A DNA stretch of 60,401 nt, the filler included. It is 4 parts of 4 records of this genome, joined end to end, with 100 filler letters (N's around TTAATTAATTAA, not from the genome) between each part and the next. Parts side by side here need not be neighbours in the genome. Positions count along the whole stretch, not along the records: positions 1 to 18,127 come from SRR20825019_486; 3 more parts are not named here. The stretch is one strand, 5' to 3'. Positions 1 through 8,694 of this stretch are shown here, one piece after another. A model generated the notes under the pieces. The model had not been told where the DNA came from, did no database searches, and saw only the letters and a program-made list of their open reading frames with translations. Both the position numbers and the translations under genes were made by a program. Position 1 is the stretch's first letter. Each line of letters starts with the position of its first letter.

Positions 1-140
1 TTAAAGTACCATTATTAGATAGTTTAATTGGCAAAAATGCTATGAATTGTTGCTTAAGCTATTCTTTTACAAATTTCTTGGTTTCCATGTTTCCTAAAAA
101 ATGCTACGTTTTAGATTGTATAAAACTATTTTAAAGGAAT

Positions 141-178
141 AAAAAATACCCTTCAAAATTTAAAATTATTGAAGGGTA
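141..178 (-). terminator. Intrinsic terminator after the RND efflux operon
   Basis: Stem TACCCTTCAA (147-156)/TTGAAGGGTA (169-178) with an A-run at 141-146 (U-tail on minus), just 3' of the RND stop. Confidence 0.7.
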
Positions 179-201
179 CTTTATCAAACTTGCAGTTTGT
201 T

Positions 202-3200
202 TTATTCCGTAGCTTCTATAAACTCAACGTTTTCTTGAGGTGTTACAGAATCATCAGAATTTCTTTTTGAAGCAACCCACATTTTAATTCGTGTAGCGAT
301 ATAAAATAAAATCGGTACAATGATTAGGGTTAAGAAAGTTGCGATTATTAAACCGTAAATTACTGTCCACGCTAATGGCCCCCAGAATATTACGTTGTCA
401 CCTCCAAGGTATATGTTTGGATTAAACGATGCAAAAAGTCCGAAGAAATCTATGTTTAAACCAATTGCTAAGGGTATTAAGCCAAGAACTGTAGTAATTG
501 CGGTAAGCAATACAGGGCGTAAACGTGCTTTACCCGCAATGATGATGCTTTTTAGCAATTCATCTTTTTCAAGGAATTCAGTTTCATCTAGGTCTAATTC
601 ATTTTTTCGTCTGTCTATTACCAGTTGCGCATAATCGAGGAGTACCACACCGTTATTCACTACAATTCCAGCGAGCGAAATAATCCCCATCATGGTCATC
701 ATAATTACGAAAGGCGATCCTGAGATTACAATTCCACCAAAAACCCCAATTAAACTTAGGAAGATAGAAATCATAATAATAACTGGTTTCGAAATAGAGT
801 TAAATTGAAAAATTAAAATCAAGAAAATCAATCCAAGCCCAGTAAAAAACGCACCCATTAAGAAGGCTTGCTGTTTATTTTGCTCTTCAATTTGACCTGT
901 ATAATCAATTTTAATGTTTTCTGGTAAACCTTCAAAGCTTCGCATTTCATTTTGAACTTGGTTTACTACTGCTCCCGCATCTGTATACCCAGGTGAAAGT
1001 GCAGAATAAACGGTAACCACACGGCGGGTATCGCGGTGTTTTATGGCGCTAAAACTAGAGCTGTTTTTTAAGGAAGCTACTGCTGAAACAGGAATTTCAC
1101 GAAGCTGCCCTGTATTGGTTCTAAACGTCATCGATTGGTTAAACAATGCGCTTGTATTATACCTGCTGTTTTCATTGAAACGTACATAAATGTCGTAATC
1201 ATCACCGTCTTCTTTATAAACGCCAGCTTTTGTACCAAATATAGAATTACGAAGTTGTTGCCCAACTTGACCAGCGCTTACGCCTAATTCTCCAGCTTTT
1301 GCACGGTCTACCGATACTTGCATTGCAGGTTTATCTTTGTTAACGTCTATTTTTAGCTCGTCTATTGCAGGAATGTTTCTACTGTTTATAAAATTCCGCA
1401 TACGTTCAGCCGTAACAATTAGCTCGTTGTAATCATCGCCTTCAAGTTCGATGTTTACAGGCGCACCAGCTGGTGGGCCATTGGCATCTTTTTCTACAGA
1501 AATTAAAACACCAGGGTAGATACCAACTAATGCTTCTTGCACTTTTTGTCTTAACAATTCACTGTCTTCCCCTTTACGAAATTTATATTCTCGCATGGAA
1601 GCGGTTATTTTTGCTTTATGTGGCATTTCAGCAGCACTACCTCCGTCAGTTTGTGGGTTTCCAGCTCCTTCACCAACTTGTGATACGGCACTTTCAACCA
1701 AGAAGTTGGTGCCCTCATCCATATATTGCTCACTATCTAAAACAGCATATACCTTTTTCTCAATCTCTTTTGTGATTGTGTTGGTTTTTTCTATGTCTGT
1801 ACCTTGTGGGTATTCTATATAAACAATAATCTGGTTTGGTTTGTTGTCTGGAAAAAACTCAACTTTTGTACGTTGTGCATCTAAAGAAGCCCCAAAAGCC
1901 ATAAAAGCAACGATTAAAAGTGAAAATGTAATTCCTACAATCCAATACGGTCTTTTGTTTTTAAAAGAACTAGTTAGTTTGCCTTCATACCAGTTTTCAA
2001 GTTTAACAAGCGATCTATCTTGAAATCTATTTGCAGCTTTTCTGATGAATAAACGATACGCCCATAGCATAATTGAAGTAAAAATCATTACGCTACCTAA
2101 GGCGCGATAATCACCACCAAATATGAAAATCAATAAACCAATACCTGCAATAATAGCTGAAACCTTAATGATTTGTTTTCTAGGCATATCTTTATCTTCG
2201 GTAGTCATAAATTGAGATACCAGAACCGAATTAAAGAAAATTGCCACAATGAGCGATGATCCTAATACTACAGAAAGTGTTATTGGGAAATAAATCATAA
2301 ACTGTCCCATTAATCCTGGCCATAGCCCTAATGGTATAAATGCCGCCACCGTAGTTGCTGTTGAAATAATAATAGGAAGGGCAATTTCACCAATTCCTTT
2401 TTTGGCAGCTTCCACACGACTCATGCCTTCATCTTCCATCAATCGATATACGTTTTCAACAACCACAATACCATTATCTACAAGCATTCCCAGACCCATA
2501 ATAAGTCCGAAGAGAATCATGGTGTTCATGGTATAGCCCAATTCGTTCAAAATCATCAGCGACATAAACATGGACATTGGTATTGCAAACCCAACGAATA
2601 ATGCGTTTTTAAAACCTAAGAAGAACATTAAAACGGTTACAACCAGTATAATACCGAAGATAATATTGTTTACTAAATCGTCTACTTGCCCAATAGTTTT
2701 TGATGATTGGTCGTTAGAAATACTTATATCAAGATTTGGAGGAAATTCATTTTTTTGGGAATCTGCAACAATAAGTTTGATTTTATCTGCAGCTTCCACC
2801 ATGTTTTTACCGGCACGTTTTTTTACGTCGAGCATTACCACTTGATGGCCATATTCGCGAGCAAATGTGGTGCGGTCTTTTTCTTTAAAACTTACATTGG
2901 CAATATCTTTTAAGTAAACAATGTCGCCATTTTCACTTTTCACAACAAAGTTTTCTAGTTGCTGTGGGCTGTCAATTTCACCAATAATACGAATGGTTCT
3001 ACGCTGGCCGCTGGCAATAAAATTACCCGCAGACATCGTCATATTACCATTGTTTATAGCATTTGTAATATCTTGAAAGCTTACTGAAGAAGCCATCATT
3101 TTATAAATATCTACAGCAACTTCAACTTCTTTTTCTTGTGCTCCACGAATGTCTACCTTTTTAATTTCAGGTAAATCTTCTATTTCATCTTGAAGGTATT

Positions 3201-3720
3201 CTCCAAATTCCTTTAATTGCGCAACAGTATAATCACCAGAAATGTTGATGTTTAGTATTGGCATTTCTTCCGAAAGGTTAAGCTCAAATATATTTGGTTC
3301 AACTTTGGCGCCATTAAAGGTTGGCCAATCTTCTCCAGAAGTTTCGCTGTCTACTTCATCTTTTACTTTCTGTTTTGCAAGTTCAACATCTATATTCTCG
3401 TCAAATTCAACAATTATCATTGAATAATCTTCTTGTGATGTTGAGGTAATTTCTACCACATTGCTTACCGTCTTTAACTTATCTTCAAGCGGATCTGTTA
3501 TTAGCTTCTCAATGTCTTCCGCAGTATTTCCTGGGTATACAGAGCTAATATAGATTTTTGTTTCTCTAATTTCCGGGAAACTTTCTCTTGGCATGCTAAA
3601 ATATGCGCCAATTCCTAGAAACAAAATCAAGATCATTATTACATAGATCGTGGTCTTGTTGTTAATTGCCCAAGAAGATAATTTAAATTCTTTATCGGTT
3701 ATTTTTTTCTGTTTTACCAT
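202..3720 (-). CDS. RND efflux permease (AcrB/AcrD/AcrF family)
   Basis: 1172 aa; duplicated TM blocks, GMLVDNGIVVVEN motif and RLRPVLLTAITT motif. Confidence 0.95.
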   Translation of the reverse strand: MVKQKKITDKEFKLSSWAINNKTTIYVIMILILFLGIGAYFSMPRESFPEIRETKIYISSVYPGNTAEDIEKLITDPLEDKLKTVSNVVEITSTSQEDYSMIIVEFDENIDVELAKQKVKDEVDSETSGEDWPTFNGAKVEPNIFELNLSEEMPILNINISGDYTVAQLKEFGEYLQDEIEDLPEIKKVDIRGAQEKEVEVAVDIYKMMASSVSFQDITNAINNGNMTMSAGNFIASGQRRTIRIIGEIDSPQQLENFVVKSENGDIVYLKDIANVSFKEKDRTTFAREYGHQVVMLDVKKRAGKNMVEAADKIKLIVADSQKNEFPPNLDISISNDQSSKTIGQVDDLVNNIIFGIILVVTVLMFFLGFKNALFVGFAIPMSMFMSLMILNELGYTMNTMILFGLIMGLGMLVDNGIVVVENVYRLMEDEGMSRVEAAKKGIGEIALPIIISTATTVAAFIPLGLWPGLMGQFMIYFPITLSVVLGSSLIVAIFFNSVLVSQFMTTEDKDMPRKQIIKVSAIIAGIGLLIFIFGGDYRALGSVMIFTSIMLWAYRLFIRKAANRFQDRSLVKLENWYEGKLTSSFKNKRPYWIVGITFSLLIVAFMAFGASLDAQRTKVEFFPDNKPNQIIVYIEYPQGTDIEKTNTITKEIEKKVYAVLDSEQYMDEGTNFLVESAVSQVGEGAGNPQTDGGSAAEMPHKAKITASMREYKFRKGEDSELLRQKVQEALVGIYPGVLISVEKDANGPPAGAPVNIELEGDDYNELIVTAERMRNFINSRNIPAIDELKIDVNKDKPAMQVSVDRAKAGELGVSAGQVGQQLRNSIFGTKAGVYKEDGDDYDIYVRFNENSRYNTSALFNQSMTFRTNTGQLREIPVSAVASLKNSSSFSAIKHRDTRRVVTVYSALSPGYTDAGAVVNQVQNEMRSFEGLPENIKIDYTGQIEEQNKQQAFLMGAFFTGLGLIFLILIFQFNSISKPVIIMISIFLSLIGVFGGIVISGSPFVIMMTMMGIISLAGIVVNNGVVLLDYAQLVIDRRKNELDLDETEFLEKDELLKSIIIAGKARLRPVLLTAITTVLGLIPLAIGLNIDFFGLFASFNPNIYLGGDNVIFWGPLAWTVIYGLIIATFLTLIIVPILFYIATRIKMWVASKRNSDDSVTPQENVEFIEATE

Positions 3721-3732
3721 TATCTAAAGCAA

Positions 3733-4899
3733 TTAGTATTTTATGATTTTTACGGTCTGCCCGTCTTTTACACTACGTGCGCCTTCGTTTATAATTTCAT
3801 CACCATCTTTTAAACCTTCGGTTACTTCAATTACGTCTCCTTGGTTTTTGCCGGTTTTAATAATTACTTGCTTTGCAACTGCTTTTTCGCCTTCTTTTTC
3901 TTGAAGCACATAGATATATTGTTCGCCTTCAGCATTTTCTGAAATAATACTCTGCGGAATTAAAATCGCTTTATCGTTGGAATAATCATTAATCTTTAAA
4001 CGCGCAGTTAGGTTTGGCTTAATTGATTTATCGTTATTTGGAACTGCAATTTCTGCACTAAAAGTTCTGTTGTTCGGGTTAATGAAATCGCCTGTTTGTC
4101 TAATTTTTGAATCTAAAGTTTTACCTAACACTGGAAAAGAAACTTTTACATCTTTTCCCTTTACAATAGATCCTACATAGTTTTCTGGAATGTCTGTAGT
4201 AATATACATATCACTAAGGTTTACAATTCTTAAAATTGGTGTTTGCCCAGGAGAAACAACGGTTCCTTGATCTGTTATAACATCGTCAATAGTTCCAGCA
4301 AATGGAGCGCGGATACTCGATTTTCCTAGCTGGCTTTGCATTTGTGCAACCGCTTTTTGGTTGGCTTCATAATTAGATTTCGCTTGAAGGTATTGTATTT
4401 CACTTCCTATTTTTTGTTCCCATAAACGTTGTTGACGTTCAAAAGTAGTTTTAGCTAAATCTGCTTGTATTTGCATTTGTGCAACTTGCTGGCTCAACCC
4501 GCCATCGTCAATTTTTGCTAAAAGTTGCCCTTTACTTACTTTATCGCCTTCTTTAACATAAACTCTTTGAAGAATACCTCCAGTTTCAGCATTTATAACC
4601 AAGTTTTGTTTGGTTTCTACGCTTCCTTGAAGTTCAAGGTAATGCTCATACGGTTTAGATTCTGCAGTAAATGTGGTAATTAAAGGAACATTTCGCTCTG
4701 GGTTTAGCTCCTTTAGCTTTTCGTCAAGCATTTTTACCTCTTGGTGTATTTGCTCTTGTTGTTCAGAAAGTGCATCTCTTTTTTTCTGAATAGCTGCTAC
4801 ATCCCCTGAAGCAAGTATTGCTTCTGTAGATTGTTTTTTGTCGCCACCACAGGATGCAAGTGTAACTATAGTTAGTAGTAATAGGATTATTTTTTTCAT
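3733..4899 (-). CDS. RND efflux periplasmic adaptor (MFP) lipoprotein
   Basis: Lipobox LASC; lipoyl-like halves (VKEGDKVSKGQLL, IRAPFAGTI) around a coiled coil; lies between tolC and the RND gene. Confidence 0.93.
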   Translation of the reverse strand: MKKIILLLLTIVTLASCGGDKKQSTEAILASGDVAAIQKKRDALSEQQEQIHQEVKMLDEKLKELNPERNVPLITTFTAESKPYEHYLELQGSVETKQNLVINAETGGILQRVYVKEGDKVSKGQLLAKIDDGGLSQQVAQMQIQADLAKTTFERQQRLWEQKIGSEIQYLQAKSNYEANQKAVAQMQSQLGKSSIRAPFAGTIDDVITDQGTVVSPGQTPILRIVNLSDMYITTDIPENYVGSIVKGKDVKVSFPVLGKTLDSKIRQTGDFINPNNRTFSAEIAVPNNDKSIKPNLTARLKINDYSNDKAILIPQSIISENAEGEQYIYVLQEKEGEKAVAKQVIIKTGKNQGDVIEVTEGLKDGDEIINEGARSVKDGQTVKIIKY

Positions 4900-4939
4900 T
4901 ATGATTGATTTTCGCTTTACGCGGTTATGGCTTTGTTGT

Positions 4940-6319
4940 TTAATATTGATTTTTGATTGTTTGTGCGTCTATTCGCAACTGAGGAATATTTAAAATAGTT
5001 TCCAAATTTGCTTTTTCGTTTATGATAGTCAGCATCGACTGAAAATACTGCTGTTGCGCAGTATATAATTGTGTTTGTGATTGGCGCAGATCAAAACTTG
5101 TGGAAAGTCCTTCCGTAAATTTTACTTGATTTTTATTTTCAATCCGCTCTGCTAATGCTAAGTTTTTCTTAGAATTTTCAAAATTATCTATCGCAAATTG
5201 ATAATTACTCTGGGCTGTTGTAAGGTCAAGTTTTAGCTGTTGTTTGGTTTGTTCAAAATCTGTTTTAGCTTGGTCTAATGCAATGCGAGTACGTTGTGTA
5301 GCTGCACTTCTTTTCCCACTGCTGAAAATTGGGATGTTTAAACTAACCCCTAAAACAGAGGATTGATACCAAATTTGATCGCCATTTAGAAAACTAAAAT
5401 CATCGCTATTTGCTGAAGTACCATAGTTTACATAGGCTGAAAGCCTTGGAAGCGCCATGCTTTTTTCTAATTGGTTTTCAAAATAACGTTGCTCTATAAG
5501 ATTGTTTGCAATTTTATAATCAACATTTTCTTCCATAGCTGGTGTAGTCCCTAATAGCGAAAGGCTAATATTAGCTTCAGCCAATTTAGTAAGGTCGTCC
5601 GTTAACGTAATTGGTGTTTCCACATCAATACCAAGTGCTAAATTGAACATTTGTTTAGCAATTGCTTGGCTTCTAAGGGCATTATTAAGTTGTGTGTCTA
5701 TGTCTAAAAGTGTGATTTCAAGCTGTTCTACACTTTCTTCTTCCGTTAAACCATTCTCGAAAATTTTTCGAGTTTCGTAGAGGTTTTTTTCAAGATTGGC
5801 TTTGTTTTTAGAAAAAATAGCAATCAATTCTTGCGATAATAAAACACTTCCATAGGCATTTATTACGCCTTTTCTAACCTCCAATCGGGTCTTTTCATTG
5901 TAGTTTTCAGAATAACTTAAAAAAACCTTGGCCGCTTTCAAGCCAACGAGATAACTGCCATCAAAAATTAATTGATTTAGTGTTGCCACAGCATTTGCAC
6001 TTTGCTTTGTGCCAAAAGTAACTGGTGTAAATGTTCCTGGTGCTCCGCCGCCAAATTCCCCAGGAATAAGTGTTACGGGTTGTTTTAAATTGTTGTTGTA
6101 TGAAATGTTTCCATCAATTTGCGGCAAACCGCTTGCGGTAGTTTCCCACTTCTGTTTAATGGCCTTTGCAATGTCGCGACGGGCATTAATAGAGGTGTAA
6201 TTGCTGTCTAAAGCAAAGGTTATGGCTTCTTCTAAACTAAAACGCTGTGCTTTTTGTTCCTGTGAAAACCCTAAGGAAGACAAGAATGTGAAACAAAAAA
6301 CTAATAAATACTTACTCAT
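4940..6319 (-). CDS. TolC family outer-membrane efflux protein
   Basis: Signal peptide, SLEEAI start motif, LNIPIFSSG motif, operon context. Confidence 0.92.
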   Translation of the reverse strand: MSKYLLVFCFTFLSSLGFSQEQKAQRFSLEEAITFALDSNYTSINARRDIAKAIKQKWETTASGLPQIDGNISYNNNLKQPVTLIPGEFGGGAPGTFTPVTFGTKQSANAVATLNQLIFDGSYLVGLKAAKVFLSYSENYNEKTRLEVRKGVINAYGSVLLSQELIAIFSKNKANLEKNLYETRKIFENGLTEEESVEQLEITLLDIDTQLNNALRSQAIAKQMFNLALGIDVETPITLTDDLTKLAEANISLSLLGTTPAMEENVDYKIANNLIEQRYFENQLEKSMALPRLSAYVNYGTSANSDDFSFLNGDQIWYQSSVLGVSLNIPIFSSGKRSAATQRTRIALDQAKTDFEQTKQQLKLDLTTAQSNYQFAIDNFENSKKNLALAERIENKNQVKFTEGLSTSFDLRQSQTQLYTAQQQYFQSMLTIINEKANLETILNIPQLRIDAQTIKNQY

Positions 6320-6923
6320 TTGATTGATTGTCTTTAATGAAATTATTAAGTGTTTGAAAACCTTCGATTGTTACAATTCCTCGAATGTGATATTCAAGAT
6401 ATTCTTCGGTTATAAATTTTGATGAGAATTTTTCTATAGGAAATAAATTTTGGTCTTTAATACCATGAACACCTAAAAAATAGAAGCGAGCAACTAGATC
6501 TACATTCATGTTTTTTCTGTAAAGTCCCATTTCAATCCCTTTTTGTAGATTTTTTCGGGTGCATTCCATCATTTTTTCGAATTGTGTGTCCTTTAAGCTT
6601 TCATAGATTTCAGGGTAATATTTTTGAAGCTGATAATGCGTAGATGAATTATCGTTTTCGAGTTTATTACTCACAAATTTTTTAATCTCGAAAAGCTCTT
6701 CAATTGGGTTGTGTTCCAAAAAACAGATTTCATCGATTCCAGTTGTGATTGAATTTATTAAACTACAGGTGCATTCTTTTACCAAGTTAGTTTTATTTTC
6801 AAAATGTGTGTAAATGGTTTTTTTTGAAATGGCCATTTCATTGGCAATATCGTCCATTGTAACACTCTTAAAACCAATCTTTAAAAAGAGAGCTGTTGCT
6901 CTTTGAATAATTTTTTCTTTCAT
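6312..6923 (-). CDS. TetR/AcrR family regulator
   Basis: HTH GFKSVTMDDIANEMAISKKTIYTHF; ATG 6923 preferred because it follows the promoter; overlaps the tolC start. Confidence 0.93.
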   Translation of the reverse strand: MKEKIIQRATALFLKIGFKSVTMDDIANEMAISKKTIYTHFENKTNLVKECTCSLINSITTGIDEICFLEHNPIEELFEIKKFVSNKLENDNSSTHYQLQKYYPEIYESLKDTQFEKMMECTRKNLQKGIEMGLYRKNMNVDLVARFYFLGVHGIKDQNLFPIEKFSSKFITEEYLEYHIRGIVTIEGFQTLNNFIKDNQSNE

Positions 6924-6932
6924 AATTGGGTG

Positions 6933-6974
6933 CAAATGTACAACAGGGAAACTCTTAAAACAAAATAAGTTTCC
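6933..6974 (-). promoter_or_regulatory. Bacteroidetes housekeeping promoter with an overlapping candidate TetR operator
   Basis: Minus strand TTTG (6964-6961)-N20-TACATTTG (6940-6933) matches -33/-7 TAnnTTTG; inverted repeat GGAAACT (6947-6953)-N14-AGTTTCC (6968-6974). Confidence 0.7.
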
Positions 6975-7079
6975 AAAGTTTTATTTAAATTAACATTTAT
7001 TTAATCTATCGGCTATTTTTTGCTTCAAATCGTGTTCAATTGTTTTGCTTGTTTTACTTTAGCCAAAAATTTTTTTTTG

Positions 7080-8054
7080 ATGGAATTTTTAAAAAAATAC
7101 AATGTTGTTCTTCAGGAATATCTAGACAATGCGGTTGTTCATAACGAGCCAATTCAGCTTTATGATCCCATAAAATACATCCTTTCTTTAGGAGGAAAAA
7201 GACTGCGTCCGGTACTTACTTTAATGGTGTCTGATTTTTTTGGAAATGATTTTAAAAAAGCTATTCATGCAGCACTTGCTGTAGAGTTGTTTCATAACTT
7301 CTCTTTGATTCATGACGATATTATGGATAATGCGCCTTTGCGTAGAGGGAAAAAAACGGTTCATGAAAAGTGGGATACCAATACAGCAATTCTTTCTGGA
7401 GATGCTATGTTGATTTTAGCGTATCGGTTTTTTGAAAACTATGAACCAACCATGTTTCAAGAACTAGCAAAAGTGTTTAGTGAAACTGCTTTACAGGTTT
7501 GTGAAGGCCAGCAACACGACATGAATTTTGAAACTAGATACGATGTAACGCTCGAAGAATATATAGCCATGATAAACCATAAAACAGCAGTTTTGCTAGG
7601 TGCAGCAATGAAAATGGGCGCTATTGTTGGGGAGGCTTCAGAAGGAGATAAAGAAAAAATATACCAATTTGGAAGAAATTTAGGTATTGCTTTTCAATTG
7701 CAAGATGATTATTTAGATGTTTTTGGTGATCCAGAAACATTTGGAAAGCAAGTAGGTGGCGATATTATTTCGAATAAAAAAACCATCCTTTATTTATTGG
7801 CAATCGATGCAAGTACCCAAGCACAAGCCGAAGAACTTGAGCATCTTTTTAGTATTAATCCGAACGATCCAACGGATAAAATTTCGACAGTAAAAGAAAT
7901 TTTTGTTGCTTCTGGAGCTGCTGCTAAAACACAAGATGAAATTAAAAACTACAGTAATTTAGCGTATTCAATTTTAGATGAAATAGCTGTTTCAGATGAA
8001 AAAAAGGAATTGTTTCGGAAGTTTGGAGACAATTTAATGCAACGAAATGTTTAA
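7080..8054 (+). CDS. Polyprenyl (geranylgeranyl-type) diphosphate synthase
   Basis: GGKRLRP, HDDIMD..RRG and FQLQDDYLD motifs; ATG 7080 preferred over the upstream TTG. Confidence 0.93.
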   Translation: MEFLKKYNVVLQEYLDNAVVHNEPIQLYDPIKYILSLGGKRLRPVLTLMVSDFFGNDFKKAIHAALAVELFHNFSLIHDDIMDNAPLRRGKKTVHEKWDTNTAILSGDAMLILAYRFFENYEPTMFQELAKVFSETALQVCEGQQHDMNFETRYDVTLEEYIAMINHKTAVLLGAAMKMGAIVGEASEGDKEKIYQFGRNLGIAFQLQDDYLDVFGDPETFGKQVGGDIISNKKTILYLLAIDASTQAQAEELEHLFSINPNDPTDKISTVKEIFVASGAAAKTQDEIKNYSNLAYSILDEIAVSDEKKELFRKFGDNLMQRNV

Positions 8055-8581
8055 AAATATACTCTAACAAAAGGCGCAAATGGGCTTGCATAGATACTTT
8101 CCTCTTCATCATACAGCACATCATAACGGAGGCCAACAGTAAAATTATTGCTCCGAAATCCTGCTCCTAAAAATAATGCAGGATACCAATAGTTTGTAGT
8201 AATATCTGGAGCTCCCAAAAAGGTATATTTTCTATTTACATTCAATTCTTCAAACTCTGCAGAAAGTTGAATTTCAGGAATTACATTATAAAGGGCTAAC
8301 ACACTGCCGCCCAAAATTGTTGCATTTGTATCATTTTTTAGGCTTGCATAGGTTCCGTTTAATGCGATTCCTGCAGAAAACTGGTTGTTAAATTCATAGA
8401 TAGCACTTGGTGCGAGTGTCCCGCTAAAAAACCCATCACCAAAGCTTAAACCAATACCGCCACCAAAACGAACATGTTGCCAAAACTCATTTTGTTTCTG
8501 TTGGCTGTAGCTATTATTTGAACAAATAAATAGTAATGCTATTAAGAATATGCCAAAATGTGTAAATACAGTCTTTTTCAT
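8051..8581 (-). CDS. Hypothetical outer-membrane beta-barrel protein
   Basis: Signal peptide, Gly/aromatic amphipathic strands, C-terminal PFVRVYF beta-signal. Confidence 0.7.
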   Translation of the reverse strand: MKKTVFTHFGIFLIALLFICSNNSYSQQKQNEFWQHVRFGGGIGLSFGDGFFSGTLAPSAIYEFNNQFSAGIALNGTYASLKNDTNATILGGSVLALYNVIPEIQLSAEFEELNVNRKYTFLGAPDITTNYWYPALFLGAGFRSNNFTVGLRYDVLYDEEESIYASPFAPFVRVYF

Positions 8582-8694
8582 TGTGAATACTTTAAGAGAT
8601 TCGTGCTATAAATATATACATTCGAGTCAGCTTTTTTGTGTAATTATTGTATTTTTGTAGCGTTTTATTATAAAAGGCCTTTTGCATATTTATC

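Noticed and set aside
8051-8581. Calling this gene a 2-oxoglutarate enzyme because it neighbours sucA
   Set aside because: No TPP motif; it has a signal peptide and beta-barrel features
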